This document shows positions 10,054 through 18,798 of a stretch of DNA of 64,000 bases, piece after piece. The stretch's first letter is position 1, and each line of letters opens with the position of its first letter. A program made the position numbers and the translations under genes. The notes under the pieces were generated by a model that made no database searches, was not told the origin of the DNA, and was given only the letters and a program-made list of their open reading frames with translations. Origin of the DNA: Bacteroidales bacterium (GTDB lineage Bacteria; Bacteroidota; Bacteroidia; Bacteroidales; UBA932); NCBI GenBank assembly GCA_017428945.1, contig JAFRPW010000027.1, positions 7,202-71,201 on the forward strand, written 5' to 3'.

Positions 10054-10666
10054 GAAGGAAGGCGGCCATGGCCCTGAGGGCCTTTCCGCGGTGGGAAATG
10101 GTGTTTTTGAATGCTTCTCCAAGCTCACCGTTGGTCTGGGACATGCCCTCCGGGATAAAGACTGGATCGTACCCGAATCCGCCGTCGCCGCGCCTTTCCC
10201 TGGCTATGGAACCCTCCATTACTCCGTCGAAAAAGTGCTTTTCGCCGCCGATGATAAGGGTTACCGATGTGCGGAAACGCGCTTTCCTGGTGGCACGGGG
10301 CGTGGATATGCCCATCTCCCTCATTACCGATGCCTCCCTCTCCCGCCTGCCCATCTCCCAGAGGAGTTTGGACATGTTGCGGTCTGCGTCGTGGGCCACG
10401 CCGCCGTAGCGGGCGGTATGCACGCCGGGCTCCCCGCCCAGGATGTCTACCTCCAGGCCGGAGTCATCGGCAAAACAGTCCAGGCCGGTGCGCTCGTAGA
10501 TATACTGCGCCTTCTGGAGGGAGTTGGCACGGAGGGAGTTGCCCGTCTCGGGGATGTCCTCCGAGATGCCTGCCTCTGCGGCGGTTATTATCTGGAAGCC
10601 TGGGCCCAGGATTTCCGCAGCCTCGCGGACCTTTCCGGGATTGGCCGTTGCAAATACAAGTTTCAT
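10037..10666 (-). CDS. rdgB: Non-canonical purine NTP pyrophosphatase (RdgB/HAM1)
   Basis: MKLVFATANPGK, ADDSGL, GFGYDPVF, KNTISHRGKAL. Confidence 0.95.
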   Translation of the reverse strand: MKLVFATANPGKVREAAEILGPGFQIITAAEAGISEDIPETGNSLRANSLQKAQYIYERTGLDCFADDSGLEVDILGGEPGVHTARYGGVAHDADRNMSKLLWEMGRREREASVMREMGISTPRATRKARFRTSVTLIIGGEKHFFDGVMEGSIARERRGDGGFGYDPVFIPEGMSQTNGELGEAFKNTISHRGKALRAMAAFLHEREH

Positions 10667-10687
10667 GATGGTACGACTTTTGCCCCG

Positions 10688-10716
10688 CAAATTTAGTCAT
10701 TTTTTATGTATCTTTG
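10688..10716. promoter_or_regulatory. Back-to-back Bacteroidetes -7 promoter boxes for the rdgB/recO and S41 peptidase genes
   Basis: TAAATTTG on the minus strand (10688-10695) and TATCTTTG on the plus strand (10709-10716) match TAnnTTTG. Confidence 0.6.
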
Positions 10717-10720
10717 TATC

Positions 10721-12334
10721 ATGAAGAGAATCGTATATGCCCTTTCCGTGGCGGTATTTATGGCCGCGGGGGCTTCCGCACAGGCACAGAGCAAGGAATT
10801 CACCCTGGGACAGTGGGTGGAACTGCATAACGCAATACTGAAGGAGCTTAACCGCTCATATGTAGACTCGCTGGAAGTAGGCCGCATAGAGAGGGAAGGC
10901 GTGGACGCCATGCTTGGGGCCCTGGATCCTTATACCATGTATGTTCCCGAAGAGGAGCAGGAAGATTTCCAGATGATGCTTTCAAGTGCCTACGGCGGCA
11001 TAGGTGCGCTCATATACAAACCGGAGACCGACGGCAATGTGTTCATAAACGAGCCCTACGCCAATTCCCCCGCAGCGAAGGCCGGCCTCCGCTGCGGAGA
11101 CCAGATTCTTTCCATCGACGGCGTCTCCACGCACGGTCTCACTGCCTCCGAGAGCTCGGAGAAAATGAGGGGAAAGCCCGGAACAAGAGTTACCTTCAAA
11201 GTAAAGAAAGTATACACGGGGGACACTGTGGAAGTGAAAGTTCTCCGCGAAAGGATAGTACTCCCTTCCGTAGAGTATGCCGGAATGCTGGACAGTGGCG
11301 ACGGCTACATAATGCTTACAAAGTTCACTGACGGCGTCTGGAGGGACGTCAGAAATTCCGTCATGAAACTGCGTTCCAAAGGCATGAAACGCCTTGTCAT
11401 TGACCTTCGAGGCAACGGCGGCGGCCTGCTGGCGGAAGCCGTCAACATTGTGTCGCTGTTTGTTCCCAAAGGCTCCGTGGTGGTTTCATCCAAGGGCAAG
11501 ACTCCCGGCAGCAATGCCACATACTGTACTTCGACGGACCCTGTCGATACGGAAATACCCATAGTTGTACTGGTGGACTCCGGCAGCGCATCGGCCTCCG
11601 AGATAGTGTCCGGAGCGCTTCAGGACCTTGACAGGGCAACCATAATAGGCACCCGCACTTACGGAAAGGGGTTGGTCCAGAGCATAAGGCCTCTCCCGTA
11701 TGACGGCCAGATCAAGGTGACCACTGCAAAATACTACACTCCCTCAGGCCGATGTGTGCAGGCCATAGACTACTCCCACCGCAACGAGGACGGCTCCGTG
11801 GGCCACATCCCGGACTCGCTTACCCATGAGTTCAAGACCCTCCACGGACGCACGGTACGCGATGGCGGCGGCATTACCCCGGACTTCGAAGTAAAGCCCC
11901 ATAAGTATTCCCGTCTCACGTACTCCCTGGTGCTTGGCGGCATTGTGGAGCAGTATGCCCTGGATTACGTCATGCGCCACCAGTCCGTACCCGAAGACTT
12001 CCACTTCACGGAATTCGAAGACTTCGTGGCATTTGCGCAGGACAAGGAGTTCGACTACCGTTCCACCGCCCGCGCCATGTTTGACCAGATGCGCGGCACC
12101 CTTAAGGAAGACGGTCTTGAAGAGGCCATGATGCCTCAGCTTGACGCTCTCCAGAAGGCCCTGGAAATGGACAAGGCCACATTCCTCAGTCTCAAGAAAG
12201 AGGAGATTGTGCCGTTCATTGAAGAAGAGATCGTAGTGCGCTACTACTTCCAGGAAGCCGGGATCCGTATCCGGCTCCGTTACGACGAGCAGCTTCACCA
12301 GGCCCTCCTTCAGCCCTCCATCACCCTCCCGTAA
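10721..12334 (+). CDS. S41 family C-terminal processing peptidase (PDZ plus catalytic domain)
   Basis: Signal peptide, LDPYT, GIGA PDZ, DLRGNGGGLL, SASASEIVSGALQD, GKGLVQ, TTAKYYTPSGR. Confidence 0.93.
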   Translation: MKRIVYALSVAVFMAAGASAQAQSKEFTLGQWVELHNAILKELNRSYVDSLEVGRIEREGVDAMLGALDPYTMYVPEEEQEDFQMMLSSAYGGIGALIYKPETDGNVFINEPYANSPAAKAGLRCGDQILSIDGVSTHGLTASESSEKMRGKPGTRVTFKVKKVYTGDTVEVKVLRERIVLPSVEYAGMLDSGDGYIMLTKFTDGVWRDVRNSVMKLRSKGMKRLVIDLRGNGGGLLAEAVNIVSLFVPKGSVVVSSKGKTPGSNATYCTSTDPVDTEIPIVVLVDSGSASASEIVSGALQDLDRATIIGTRTYGKGLVQSIRPLPYDGQIKVTTAKYYTPSGRCVQAIDYSHRNEDGSVGHIPDSLTHEFKTLHGRTVRDGGGITPDFEVKPHKYSRLTYSLVLGGIVEQYALDYVMRHQSVPEDFHFTEFEDFVAFAQDKEFDYRSTARAMFDQMRGTLKEDGLEEAMMPQLDALQKALEMDKATFLSLKKEEIVPFIEEEIVVRYYFQEAGIRIRLRYDEQLHQALLQPSITLP

Positions 12335-12344
12335 CCTCTCTCCC

Positions 12345-12473
12345 GTCCACCAAAATGCCGTTTTTGGTGGACAAGTTGACGTTTTGGCCGGTTTGTCCAC
12401 CGATTTGGCGTTTTTGGTGGACAAGTTGGCGTTTTGGCGGGTTTGTCCACCGAAATGGGGTGTTTTGGTGGAT
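12345..12473. repeat. REP family A array, 3 hairpin units, 50-bp period
   Basis: GTCCAC at 12345, 12395 and 12445, each closed by GTGGAC/GTGGAT 16-17 nt later; conserved 22-nt linkers aagttg(a/g)cgttttgg(c)cgg(g)ttt. Confidence 0.92.
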
Positions 12474-12503
12474 GGGTGAGGTTTTTTTTTGTATTTTTGT
12501 ACC

Positions 12504-14558
12504 ATGTCAAAGAGAAAATCCAAGAGCCGCGGCGGCGAAAAGCGTGGCGGAAAGAAAAAAGCCCGTAAGTTTGTTCCCGAGTACATAGGAACGGCAAGAA
12601 TGTCCCGTGAGGGATTCATCTTCGTGGCCGTAGAAGGCCAGGAAGAGGACATCTACGTAAAAGCGTCCAAGACAAGGGGCGCGCTGAACGGGGATATCGT
12701 CAAGGTTGCCGTGACCCAGGAGAAGGACGGCCGGGCCAAGAAGCGCAGCGGTGAAATCATTGCCATCGTAGAGCGTTCCACTAAGCCGTTTGTGGGTATC
12801 CTTCATATTGTGGGAAAGCAGGCATGGGTGCTTATGAGCTCCAAGACCATGCCGTACGACATTGAGGTTCCCGTTCCGGAAGGCGCCGTCAAGGGCATGA
12901 AGGTAGCGGCCGTGGTGGACGGCTGGGAGCGCGGTGAAAGCGCTCCTCACGGGCACGTGGTGGACATCCTTGGCATGCCCGGGGAGAACGAGACGGAGAT
13001 GCACGCCATCCTGGCGGAGTTCGGCCTCCCCTACCGCTTCAGCAAGGAGGTGGAAGACGCGGCCGACGGCATTTCGGAAGAGATTACGGACAAGGACCGC
13101 GCCCACCGCAGGGACTTCCGCGGAACCCTCACTTTCACCATCGACCCCGCAGATGCAAAGGACTATGACGATGCCCTGAGCTTCCGCAAACTGGAAAACG
13201 GCAACTACGAGGTAGGCGTCCACATTGCCGATGTCTCCTGGTACGTCAAGCCCGGCAGCGCGGTGGACAAGGAGGCGCAGGAAAGGGGAACATCGGTCTA
13301 TCTTGTGGACCGCACCGTGCCCATGCTGCCGGAAAAACTGTCCAACAAGCTCTGCTCCCTGCGCCCCGGGGAGGAGAAACTCACCTTCAGCGCCGTCTTC
13401 GAGATTACCCCCCAGGCCAAGGTCTTCAACCCCTGGTTCGGCCGCACCAACATAGTCTCCGACTACCGCTTCGCCTACGAGCTGGCGCAGGAAATCATCG
13501 ACGCCGGACCCAAGGAGGCGATGGAGCGGGACTTCGGGGAAGGCAGCGAATGCGGCATAGTTCCGCCGGAGGTGAAAGAGGCCATCCTCGTACTGAACGA
13601 TATTGCCCTGAAGCTCAGGGAAAGGCGCTTCAAGGCCGGAGCGGTGAACTTTGACAGGCCGGAGATGAAGGTGGACATAGACGCCGACGGCAAGCCCGTG
13701 GGCGTGCACCAGAAGTTCTCCCGCGAGGCCAACTGGCTCATAGAGGAGTTCATGCTCCTTGCCAACCGCAATGTGGCGGAATACGTGGCCACCGGCGGAA
13801 AGATGGGCGGGAAAGCCCTGTCAAAGGCCAAGACCTTCGTATATCGTGTGCACGATGAGCCCAACATGGAAAAGATATCGGGCCTGAGGGACTTCGCCGG
13901 GCACTTCGGTTACAAAGTGGGCCAGCTGCAGGGAGGACGCGACGTTGCCGTGGCGCTGAACGGCCTCATGAAAGAGGCCGACGGCAAGCCGGAACTGGCC
14001 GCAATCCAGATCCTTGCCCTGCGCTCGATGGCAAAGGCCTGCTACAGCACGGACAACATAGGCCACTACGGCCTTGCGTTCCGCTTTTACACGCATTTCA
14101 CATCGCCTATCAGGCGATATCCTGACCTCATGGTGCACCGCCTCCTTGCCAAGTACATGGCCGGGGCCGATTCCCAGGACCTGGACTACTACACCCAGCA
14201 GTGCAAGCACGCCTCGGAGCGCGAGGTGGTGGCAGCGGAAGCAGAGCGTGAAAGCACCAAGTACAAGCTTGTGGAATTCATGCAGGACAAGATTGGCCAG
14301 GAGTTCGACGGCCATGTGTCCGGAATAACGGAATGGGGTATCTACGTTGAGATAGAGCCCACCAAGATCGAGGGCATGGTCCCCTACCGCACCATCCGCA
14401 GCGACTTTTACGACTACGACCCGGACAACTACCGCGCCGTGGGCAGGCGTACAAAACGCAAAATCCGCCTGGGAGATCCCCTGCGGATTCGCGTAAAAGG
14501 TACTTCTCTTGAGCAGAAACTGCTTGACTACGAGCTTGTAGAAGACAACATTTCCTAA
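12504..14558 (+). CDS. rnr: Ribonuclease R
   Basis: CSD N-terminus, RNB motifs FTIDPADAKDYDDALS and HFTSPIRRYPDL, C-terminal S1 domain. Confidence 0.95.
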   Translation: MSKRKSKSRGGEKRGGKKKARKFVPEYIGTARMSREGFIFVAVEGQEEDIYVKASKTRGALNGDIVKVAVTQEKDGRAKKRSGEIIAIVERSTKPFVGILHIVGKQAWVLMSSKTMPYDIEVPVPEGAVKGMKVAAVVDGWERGESAPHGHVVDILGMPGENETEMHAILAEFGLPYRFSKEVEDAADGISEEITDKDRAHRRDFRGTLTFTIDPADAKDYDDALSFRKLENGNYEVGVHIADVSWYVKPGSAVDKEAQERGTSVYLVDRTVPMLPEKLSNKLCSLRPGEEKLTFSAVFEITPQAKVFNPWFGRTNIVSDYRFAYELAQEIIDAGPKEAMERDFGEGSECGIVPPEVKEAILVLNDIALKLRERRFKAGAVNFDRPEMKVDIDADGKPVGVHQKFSREANWLIEEFMLLANRNVAEYVATGGKMGGKALSKAKTFVYRVHDEPNMEKISGLRDFAGHFGYKVGQLQGGRDVAVALNGLMKEADGKPELAAIQILALRSMAKACYSTDNIGHYGLAFRFYTHFTSPIRRYPDLMVHRLLAKYMAGADSQDLDYYTQQCKHASEREVVAAEAERESTKYKLVEFMQDKIGQEFDGHVSGITEWGIYVEIEPTKIEGMVPYRTIRSDFYDYDPDNYRAVGRRTKRKIRLGDPLRIRVKGTSLEQKLLDYELVEDNIS

Positions 14559-15523
14559 CAGCGGCTCACAAGGAGCTTCAAACCCTCTGAAGAGGGAATG
14601 CAACTGGCAGCAATGCGGCATGCGGGGACCAGGAGGGTCTCGCCTGCGTGGATGTGCTCGCCGTCAACAAGGCCGGAGCCCTGGACGCAGATGACCGTGA
14701 GGAAAGAGTCGTCCGTGGGCACGTCAAACGGCCTGGTAAGGTCATATAGCGTTGTTGTGAAGTACTTGCATTTCACAAGCTCCACCGGAGTATCTTTCAG
14801 AGGCTGGTAAGAGGTCTTGTAAGTTGGCAGGACACGGAAATCTATGGCCTGCAGGGCAAGCTCGGTATGCAGCTGGCGGGGCTTTCCGTCAAGGCCCGGC
14901 CGGCCGTAGTCCCAAATGCGGTAGGTAAGGTCCGATGTCTGCTGGATCTCTGCCAGAAGGCAGCCGCTGCATATTGCATGGATTCGGCCTGGGGGCAGGA
15001 AAAACACGTCCCCGGGCTGCACCTCATATCGGGCAAGTATATCCGTGATGGTGCCGTCGGCAACGCGCTGCTGGTACTCCTCCCGGGTAACATCCCTGGA
15101 GAGGCCGCAGTAAAGGGCGGCACCCGGGGCAGCGGCAATCACATACCACATTTCCGTCTTGCCACGGAACTCAGGGCCATGGACGCGCTTTGCCATTTCA
15201 TCGTCAGGATGAACCTGGATGGAAAGGTCGGAGTGTGCATCTATGAATTTTATCAGAAGCGGGAACTGGTCTCCGTACTCCTTGTAGACATGTTTTCCAA
15301 GCAACTGCTCCTTGTACACAGAGCCCAGCCAGATGGTACTGTGACCACGCAGAGGGCCGTTATCAACCAGAGTAAGGTGCTCCCCGTAACCGGAGATTTC
15401 CCAACTCTCCCCTATCTTTGGAAGGTTTCCGGAGACGCCTTTCCAAGGCAAAATTCTCTCCCCGCCCCACACCATGGTGCGGAACCAGGGAGAGAACCTG
15501 AGAGTGTAAAGCGGTGTCTCCAT
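14555..15523 (-). CDS. manA: Mannose-6-phosphate isomerase, class I
   Basis: VWGG, ESWEISG, FPLLIKFIDA, LSIQVHPDD, GKTEMWY, EIQQTSDLTYR. Confidence 0.9.
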   Translation of the reverse strand: METPLYTLRFSPWFRTMVWGGERILPWKGVSGNLPKIGESWEISGYGEHLTLVDNGPLRGHSTIWLGSVYKEQLLGKHVYKEYGDQFPLLIKFIDAHSDLSIQVHPDDEMAKRVHGPEFRGKTEMWYVIAAAPGAALYCGLSRDVTREEYQQRVADGTITDILARYEVQPGDVFFLPPGRIHAICSGCLLAEIQQTSDLTYRIWDYGRPGLDGKPRQLHTELALQAIDFRVLPTYKTSYQPLKDTPVELVKCKYFTTTLYDLTRPFDVPTDDSFLTVICVQGSGLVDGEHIHAGETLLVPACRIAASCIPSSEGLKLLVSRC

Positions 15524-15524
15524 C

Positions 15525-17513
15525 CTATTTGAGCCCCCTTGCCCTCATGAGTGCTTCGGGATTGGGCTCAGAGCCGCGGAAACTCTTGTAAAGGACCATG
15601 GGTTCCTCGCTGCCGCCCTTCTCAAGGAAGGTCTCGCGGAAAGCCTTTGCGGTAGCCTTGTTGAAGACACCGTCGGCCAAGAATTTCTCCCATGCGTCTA
15701 CAGCCAGGACCTCGCTCCAGAGATAGCCATAGTAGCCTGCGCTGTAACCGCTGTTGAAGATATGGTTGAAATAGGTTGTGCGGTAACGGGGGATAATCTC
15801 GTCCACAAGACCCATTTCCTTGCACACCTTTGCCTCGAAGTCGCGGATATCCTGCGGGCCGTTGAAGGCTGCAAGCTGCTCTGCGGAAAGCTCGTGCCAT
15901 TTCATGTCAAGGATGGAGGCGGCGCAGAGTTCTCCCGTAGTGAAGCCCTGGTTGAACTTGAGGGCTTTCTGAATCTTTGCAACAAGCTCTGCCGGGATGG
16001 GCTCCCCGGTCCTGTAGTCGTTGGCGTAGGCCGCCAGGATTTCCGGCACGAAGGCAAAGTTCTCGTTGAACTGGGAGAACATCTCAACAAAGTCGCGGGC
16101 AACGGAAGTGCCGCTGACGCTCTTGTAGTTACACTTTGTGAGGAAACCGTGAAGGGCGTGGCCAAACTCGTGGAAAGCGGTCTGGACATTGTCTATGGTA
16201 AGGAGACTGGGCTTGGCGTCGGTGGGATCCTCCCCGGGAGCCGGGAAGTTGCACACATTGACTATGACAGGACGCACGTCGCCGGCCTGGTCCCGGAAAT
16301 TGTTCATCCATGCACCGCCCCTCTTGGTGGGTCTCACATAATAGTCCTTGTAGAATATGCCGATGAGGCTGCCGTCCGGCTCGGAGAGCTTCCAGGCGCT
16401 TGCGGCGGGGTTGTAAACCTCAACCTCCGGAGCGGGTTCTATCTTTATCCCGTAGATGGTCTCGGCGGCGGTGAATACGCCCTTGAGGACGCTGTCGGCC
16501 TGGAAATAGGGCTTGGTAACGCTCTCGTCAAGGGCAAATTTCTGCGCACGGACCTTTTCTGCATAATAGCTGTAATCCCAAGGCTCTATCTTGTGGCCGG
16601 CAATCTTCTGCATGTCCTTCATCTCTTCCTTCGCCTTTGCCATGGCGGCGTCCATTATGGGCTGAAGGAAGTTGTCAACGGTCTCCGGAGTTCCGGCCAT
16701 CTTGTTGGAGAGCTGGTAGGCCGCAAAGTTGGGATAGCCAAGAAGCGCGGCCTGCTCTGCACGCAGTTTCAGGATTTCCAGCACTATTGCATTGTTGTCC
16801 TTGTCGTTTGCGTTGTTTCCGCGGGCGCTGTAGGCCTTGAACACCTGCTCGCGCTTTGCGCGGTCAGGGCAGGAGCTCATGAAGTCGTAATACTCGCTGA
16901 CGGTAATTCCGGTTGCATCCTTGAACGCGTTGTTCTCTGCCAGGAGGTTCTGACCGAACTTCTGGGACAGGGATGCCAGGCGGGTGGAAATCTCCGCAAA
17001 ACGCTTCTTGCCTTCTGCATCCAGACCCACGCCATTGCGCTCAAAAGCCTGATAGAGCTTCTTTGTAACCATCTGCTGCTCGCGGGTAAGGCCTTCCATA
17101 TTGTCATAAACGGCCTTTACGCGCTTGAACAGGTCCTCGTTCATGAGTATCTCATTCTCCGCCTCGGTAATGAGGGGCATCACTTCCTCCTCTATGGCCT
17201 GCATCTCGGGCGTGGAATCGCTCTCCGACAGGTTGAAGAACACGCCGGAAACCTTTGCCAGAAGTTCCCCCGCACGGTCATATGCCGCAACGGTGTTCTC
17301 GAATGTGGGGGCTTCCTTACAGTCTATGATTGCCTGGATTTCCGCCTTTTCCTGCTTTATGCCTTCCTTGAATGCCGGGAGGTAATGCTCTGTCCTGATC
17401 TGTGAGAACGGTGCCGTTCCGTAAGGGGTGTCCCATTCCTGGTAGAATGGATTCTTTTCTGTACATGCCATAGCCATAAGTGCCGTGCAAGTTAAAACAA
17501 ACAGTTTACGCAT
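15525..17513 (-). CDS. M3 family metallopeptidase (Dcp-like), lipoprotein
   Basis: Lipobox LMAMAC, zinc motif FHEFGHALH, RDFVEMFSQ, GYSAGYYGYLWSEVL. Confidence 0.92.
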   Translation of the reverse strand: MRKLFVLTCTALMAMACTEKNPFYQEWDTPYGTAPFSQIRTEHYLPAFKEGIKQEKAEIQAIIDCKEAPTFENTVAAYDRAGELLAKVSGVFFNLSESDSTPEMQAIEEEVMPLITEAENEILMNEDLFKRVKAVYDNMEGLTREQQMVTKKLYQAFERNGVGLDAEGKKRFAEISTRLASLSQKFGQNLLAENNAFKDATGITVSEYYDFMSSCPDRAKREQVFKAYSARGNNANDKDNNAIVLEILKLRAEQAALLGYPNFAAYQLSNKMAGTPETVDNFLQPIMDAAMAKAKEEMKDMQKIAGHKIEPWDYSYYAEKVRAQKFALDESVTKPYFQADSVLKGVFTAAETIYGIKIEPAPEVEVYNPAASAWKLSEPDGSLIGIFYKDYYVRPTKRGGAWMNNFRDQAGDVRPVIVNVCNFPAPGEDPTDAKPSLLTIDNVQTAFHEFGHALHGFLTKCNYKSVSGTSVARDFVEMFSQFNENFAFVPEILAAYANDYRTGEPIPAELVAKIQKALKFNQGFTTGELCAASILDMKWHELSAEQLAAFNGPQDIRDFEAKVCKEMGLVDEIIPRYRTTYFNHIFNSGYSAGYYGYLWSEVLAVDAWEKFLADGVFNKATAKAFRETFLEKGGSEEPMVLYKSFRGSEPNPEALMRARGLK

Positions 17514-17529
17514 CTTGTATTTGGGTTTT

Positions 17530-17628
17530 TGTAAAAGGTTCGGTTTTATTGGCCGAACCTTCCACGTTATTTGCTTTGCAGTGCCGTTTTATGTAAATGG
17601 TTCGGCAAAAAATACCGAACCTTTTACA
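17530..17628. repeat. REP family B element (REPIN/MITE-like), copy 1
   Basis: Perfect 15-bp terminal inverted repeats tgtaaaaggttcggt / accgaaccttttaca; each end also forms its own hairpin. Near-identical copy at 60329-60428. Confidence 0.88.
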
Positions 17629-17629
17629 T

Positions 17630-18793
17630 TTAATAGACCTTCACTGAAGTTTCCGGAGCATCCACCAGCGTAAACTGGGCCGCACCGGAGTAGATTGTCA
17701 TGATACCGGTTATGTCGGCCGATTTGCCTCCGGAGAGAAGTCCGGCGTCAAGAACCTGGTCCGCAAACTTTGCGTATCCGCTGGTTCGCACCTGGATATC
17801 CGTGGAGCCAAGTTTGAAGTAGTGGGAGACGTAGTTTGCGGTGGCATATTTCTTCATCACCTCTTTATATGTCAAGTCTGCATCCATGCCAAAAGCTTCG
17901 ATTCTGCTTTCCTGTGCTGTACCGGTAAGGGCCTTGCGCACCACGAAGCAGACAGATCCGGGGCCGTAACGGGTAGCACCGGAGCCAACTTCTGCCTGGT
18001 CAAGGGCGCCGCTGTCCAGCATTTCAATGTACTTGGCCTTAGACAGCGACCATGTCTTGATACCCCATGTGGACTCAGAGAGGAACACGCGGTTCTCCGG
18101 GTTGGCGCTCTTGTGAGGAAGGTTGGGGTTGGGATAGACCAGTGCAAAAATCTGGTTTCCGTACTTGAGGCCCTTGATGGTGACAAGTTTGCCCCAGAGT
18201 TCTCCGGTAAAACCGGCGGAGATGGCTGCCTTTACTTTAGCCTCATCGACAACCTCTGGAGCAATGGGAGTTCCCACCTCTCCTTTAAAGACATGCTGGT
18301 CGATGATGGTCTGAAGGTCTATGTACGATGTCTCGTACTCGTTGCTGGAGGTCTCGTCAGCAGCCAGGCCAAGCTGAGGCATGCCGTTATATGCACCAAG
18401 CGTGAGGTCGTCACAGTACACATAAAGTGTCTGGCCAAGAGCGTACTCGCTGTAAAGGGAGGACTTGCCCAGTTTGAGGTCGATACCACCGGTTTCATCC
18501 TGGATGTACACTTCACGGTAAATATTGCCGGTGACATCCGAGGAAATGACTTTACCCTTTATCCAGACATTGCCGCTTACGGAAAGAGGAGTACCCTTGT
18601 ACAGGGTCTTAAGCTCCTTGATAGTCTTGTAGCTGCCGATGGCCGGAGAGTTGGGGGGCAGGTTGGAATCCGTGTATGGAACGTACTGTGCCGACGGCTT
18701 CGGATCACCAAGCACTGGCTGCCATTCTTCTATCAGACTCCGGCAGGAAACGAGGGCGGCTGCAGCCGCAAGGATTACGATAATCTTTTTCAT
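17630..18793 (-). CDS. Surface lipoprotein with OB-fold-like DUF5689-type domain
   Basis: Lipobox ALVSC. WIKGKVISSD-GNIYREVYIQDETGGI and VRTSGYAKFA are typical of this Bacteroidetes family; last gene of the TBDT/nuclease cluster. Confidence 0.65.
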   Translation of the reverse strand: MKKIIVILAAAAALVSCRSLIEEWQPVLGDPKPSAQYVPYTDSNLPPNSPAIGSYKTIKELKTLYKGTPLSVSGNVWIKGKVISSDVTGNIYREVYIQDETGGIDLKLGKSSLYSEYALGQTLYVYCDDLTLGAYNGMPQLGLAADETSSNEYETSYIDLQTIIDQHVFKGEVGTPIAPEVVDEAKVKAAISAGFTGELWGKLVTIKGLKYGNQIFALVYPNPNLPHKSANPENRVFLSESTWGIKTWSLSKAKYIEMLDSGALDQAEVGSGATRYGPGSVCFVVRKALTGTAQESRIEAFGMDADLTYKEVMKKYATANYVSHYFKLGSTDIQVRTSGYAKFADQVLDAGLLSGGKSADITGIMTIYSGAAQFTLVDAPETSVKVY

Positions 18794-18798
18794 GGCTC

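Noticed and set aside
11744-12652. ORFs and N-terminal extensions reading STKNAKSVDKP / VDKLTFW (also 35573-35803, 43194-43748, 43486-43545, 45038-45361, 46219-46536)
   Set aside because: These are translations of REP family A DNA. The real starts follow -7 boxes downstream.
16860-16960. Apparent internal shortening of the M3 peptidase (NNAFKDATGITVSEY region)
   Set aside because: The comparison is from memory only. The HExxH site is intact and the frame is open, so it is likely a lineage-specific loop loss.
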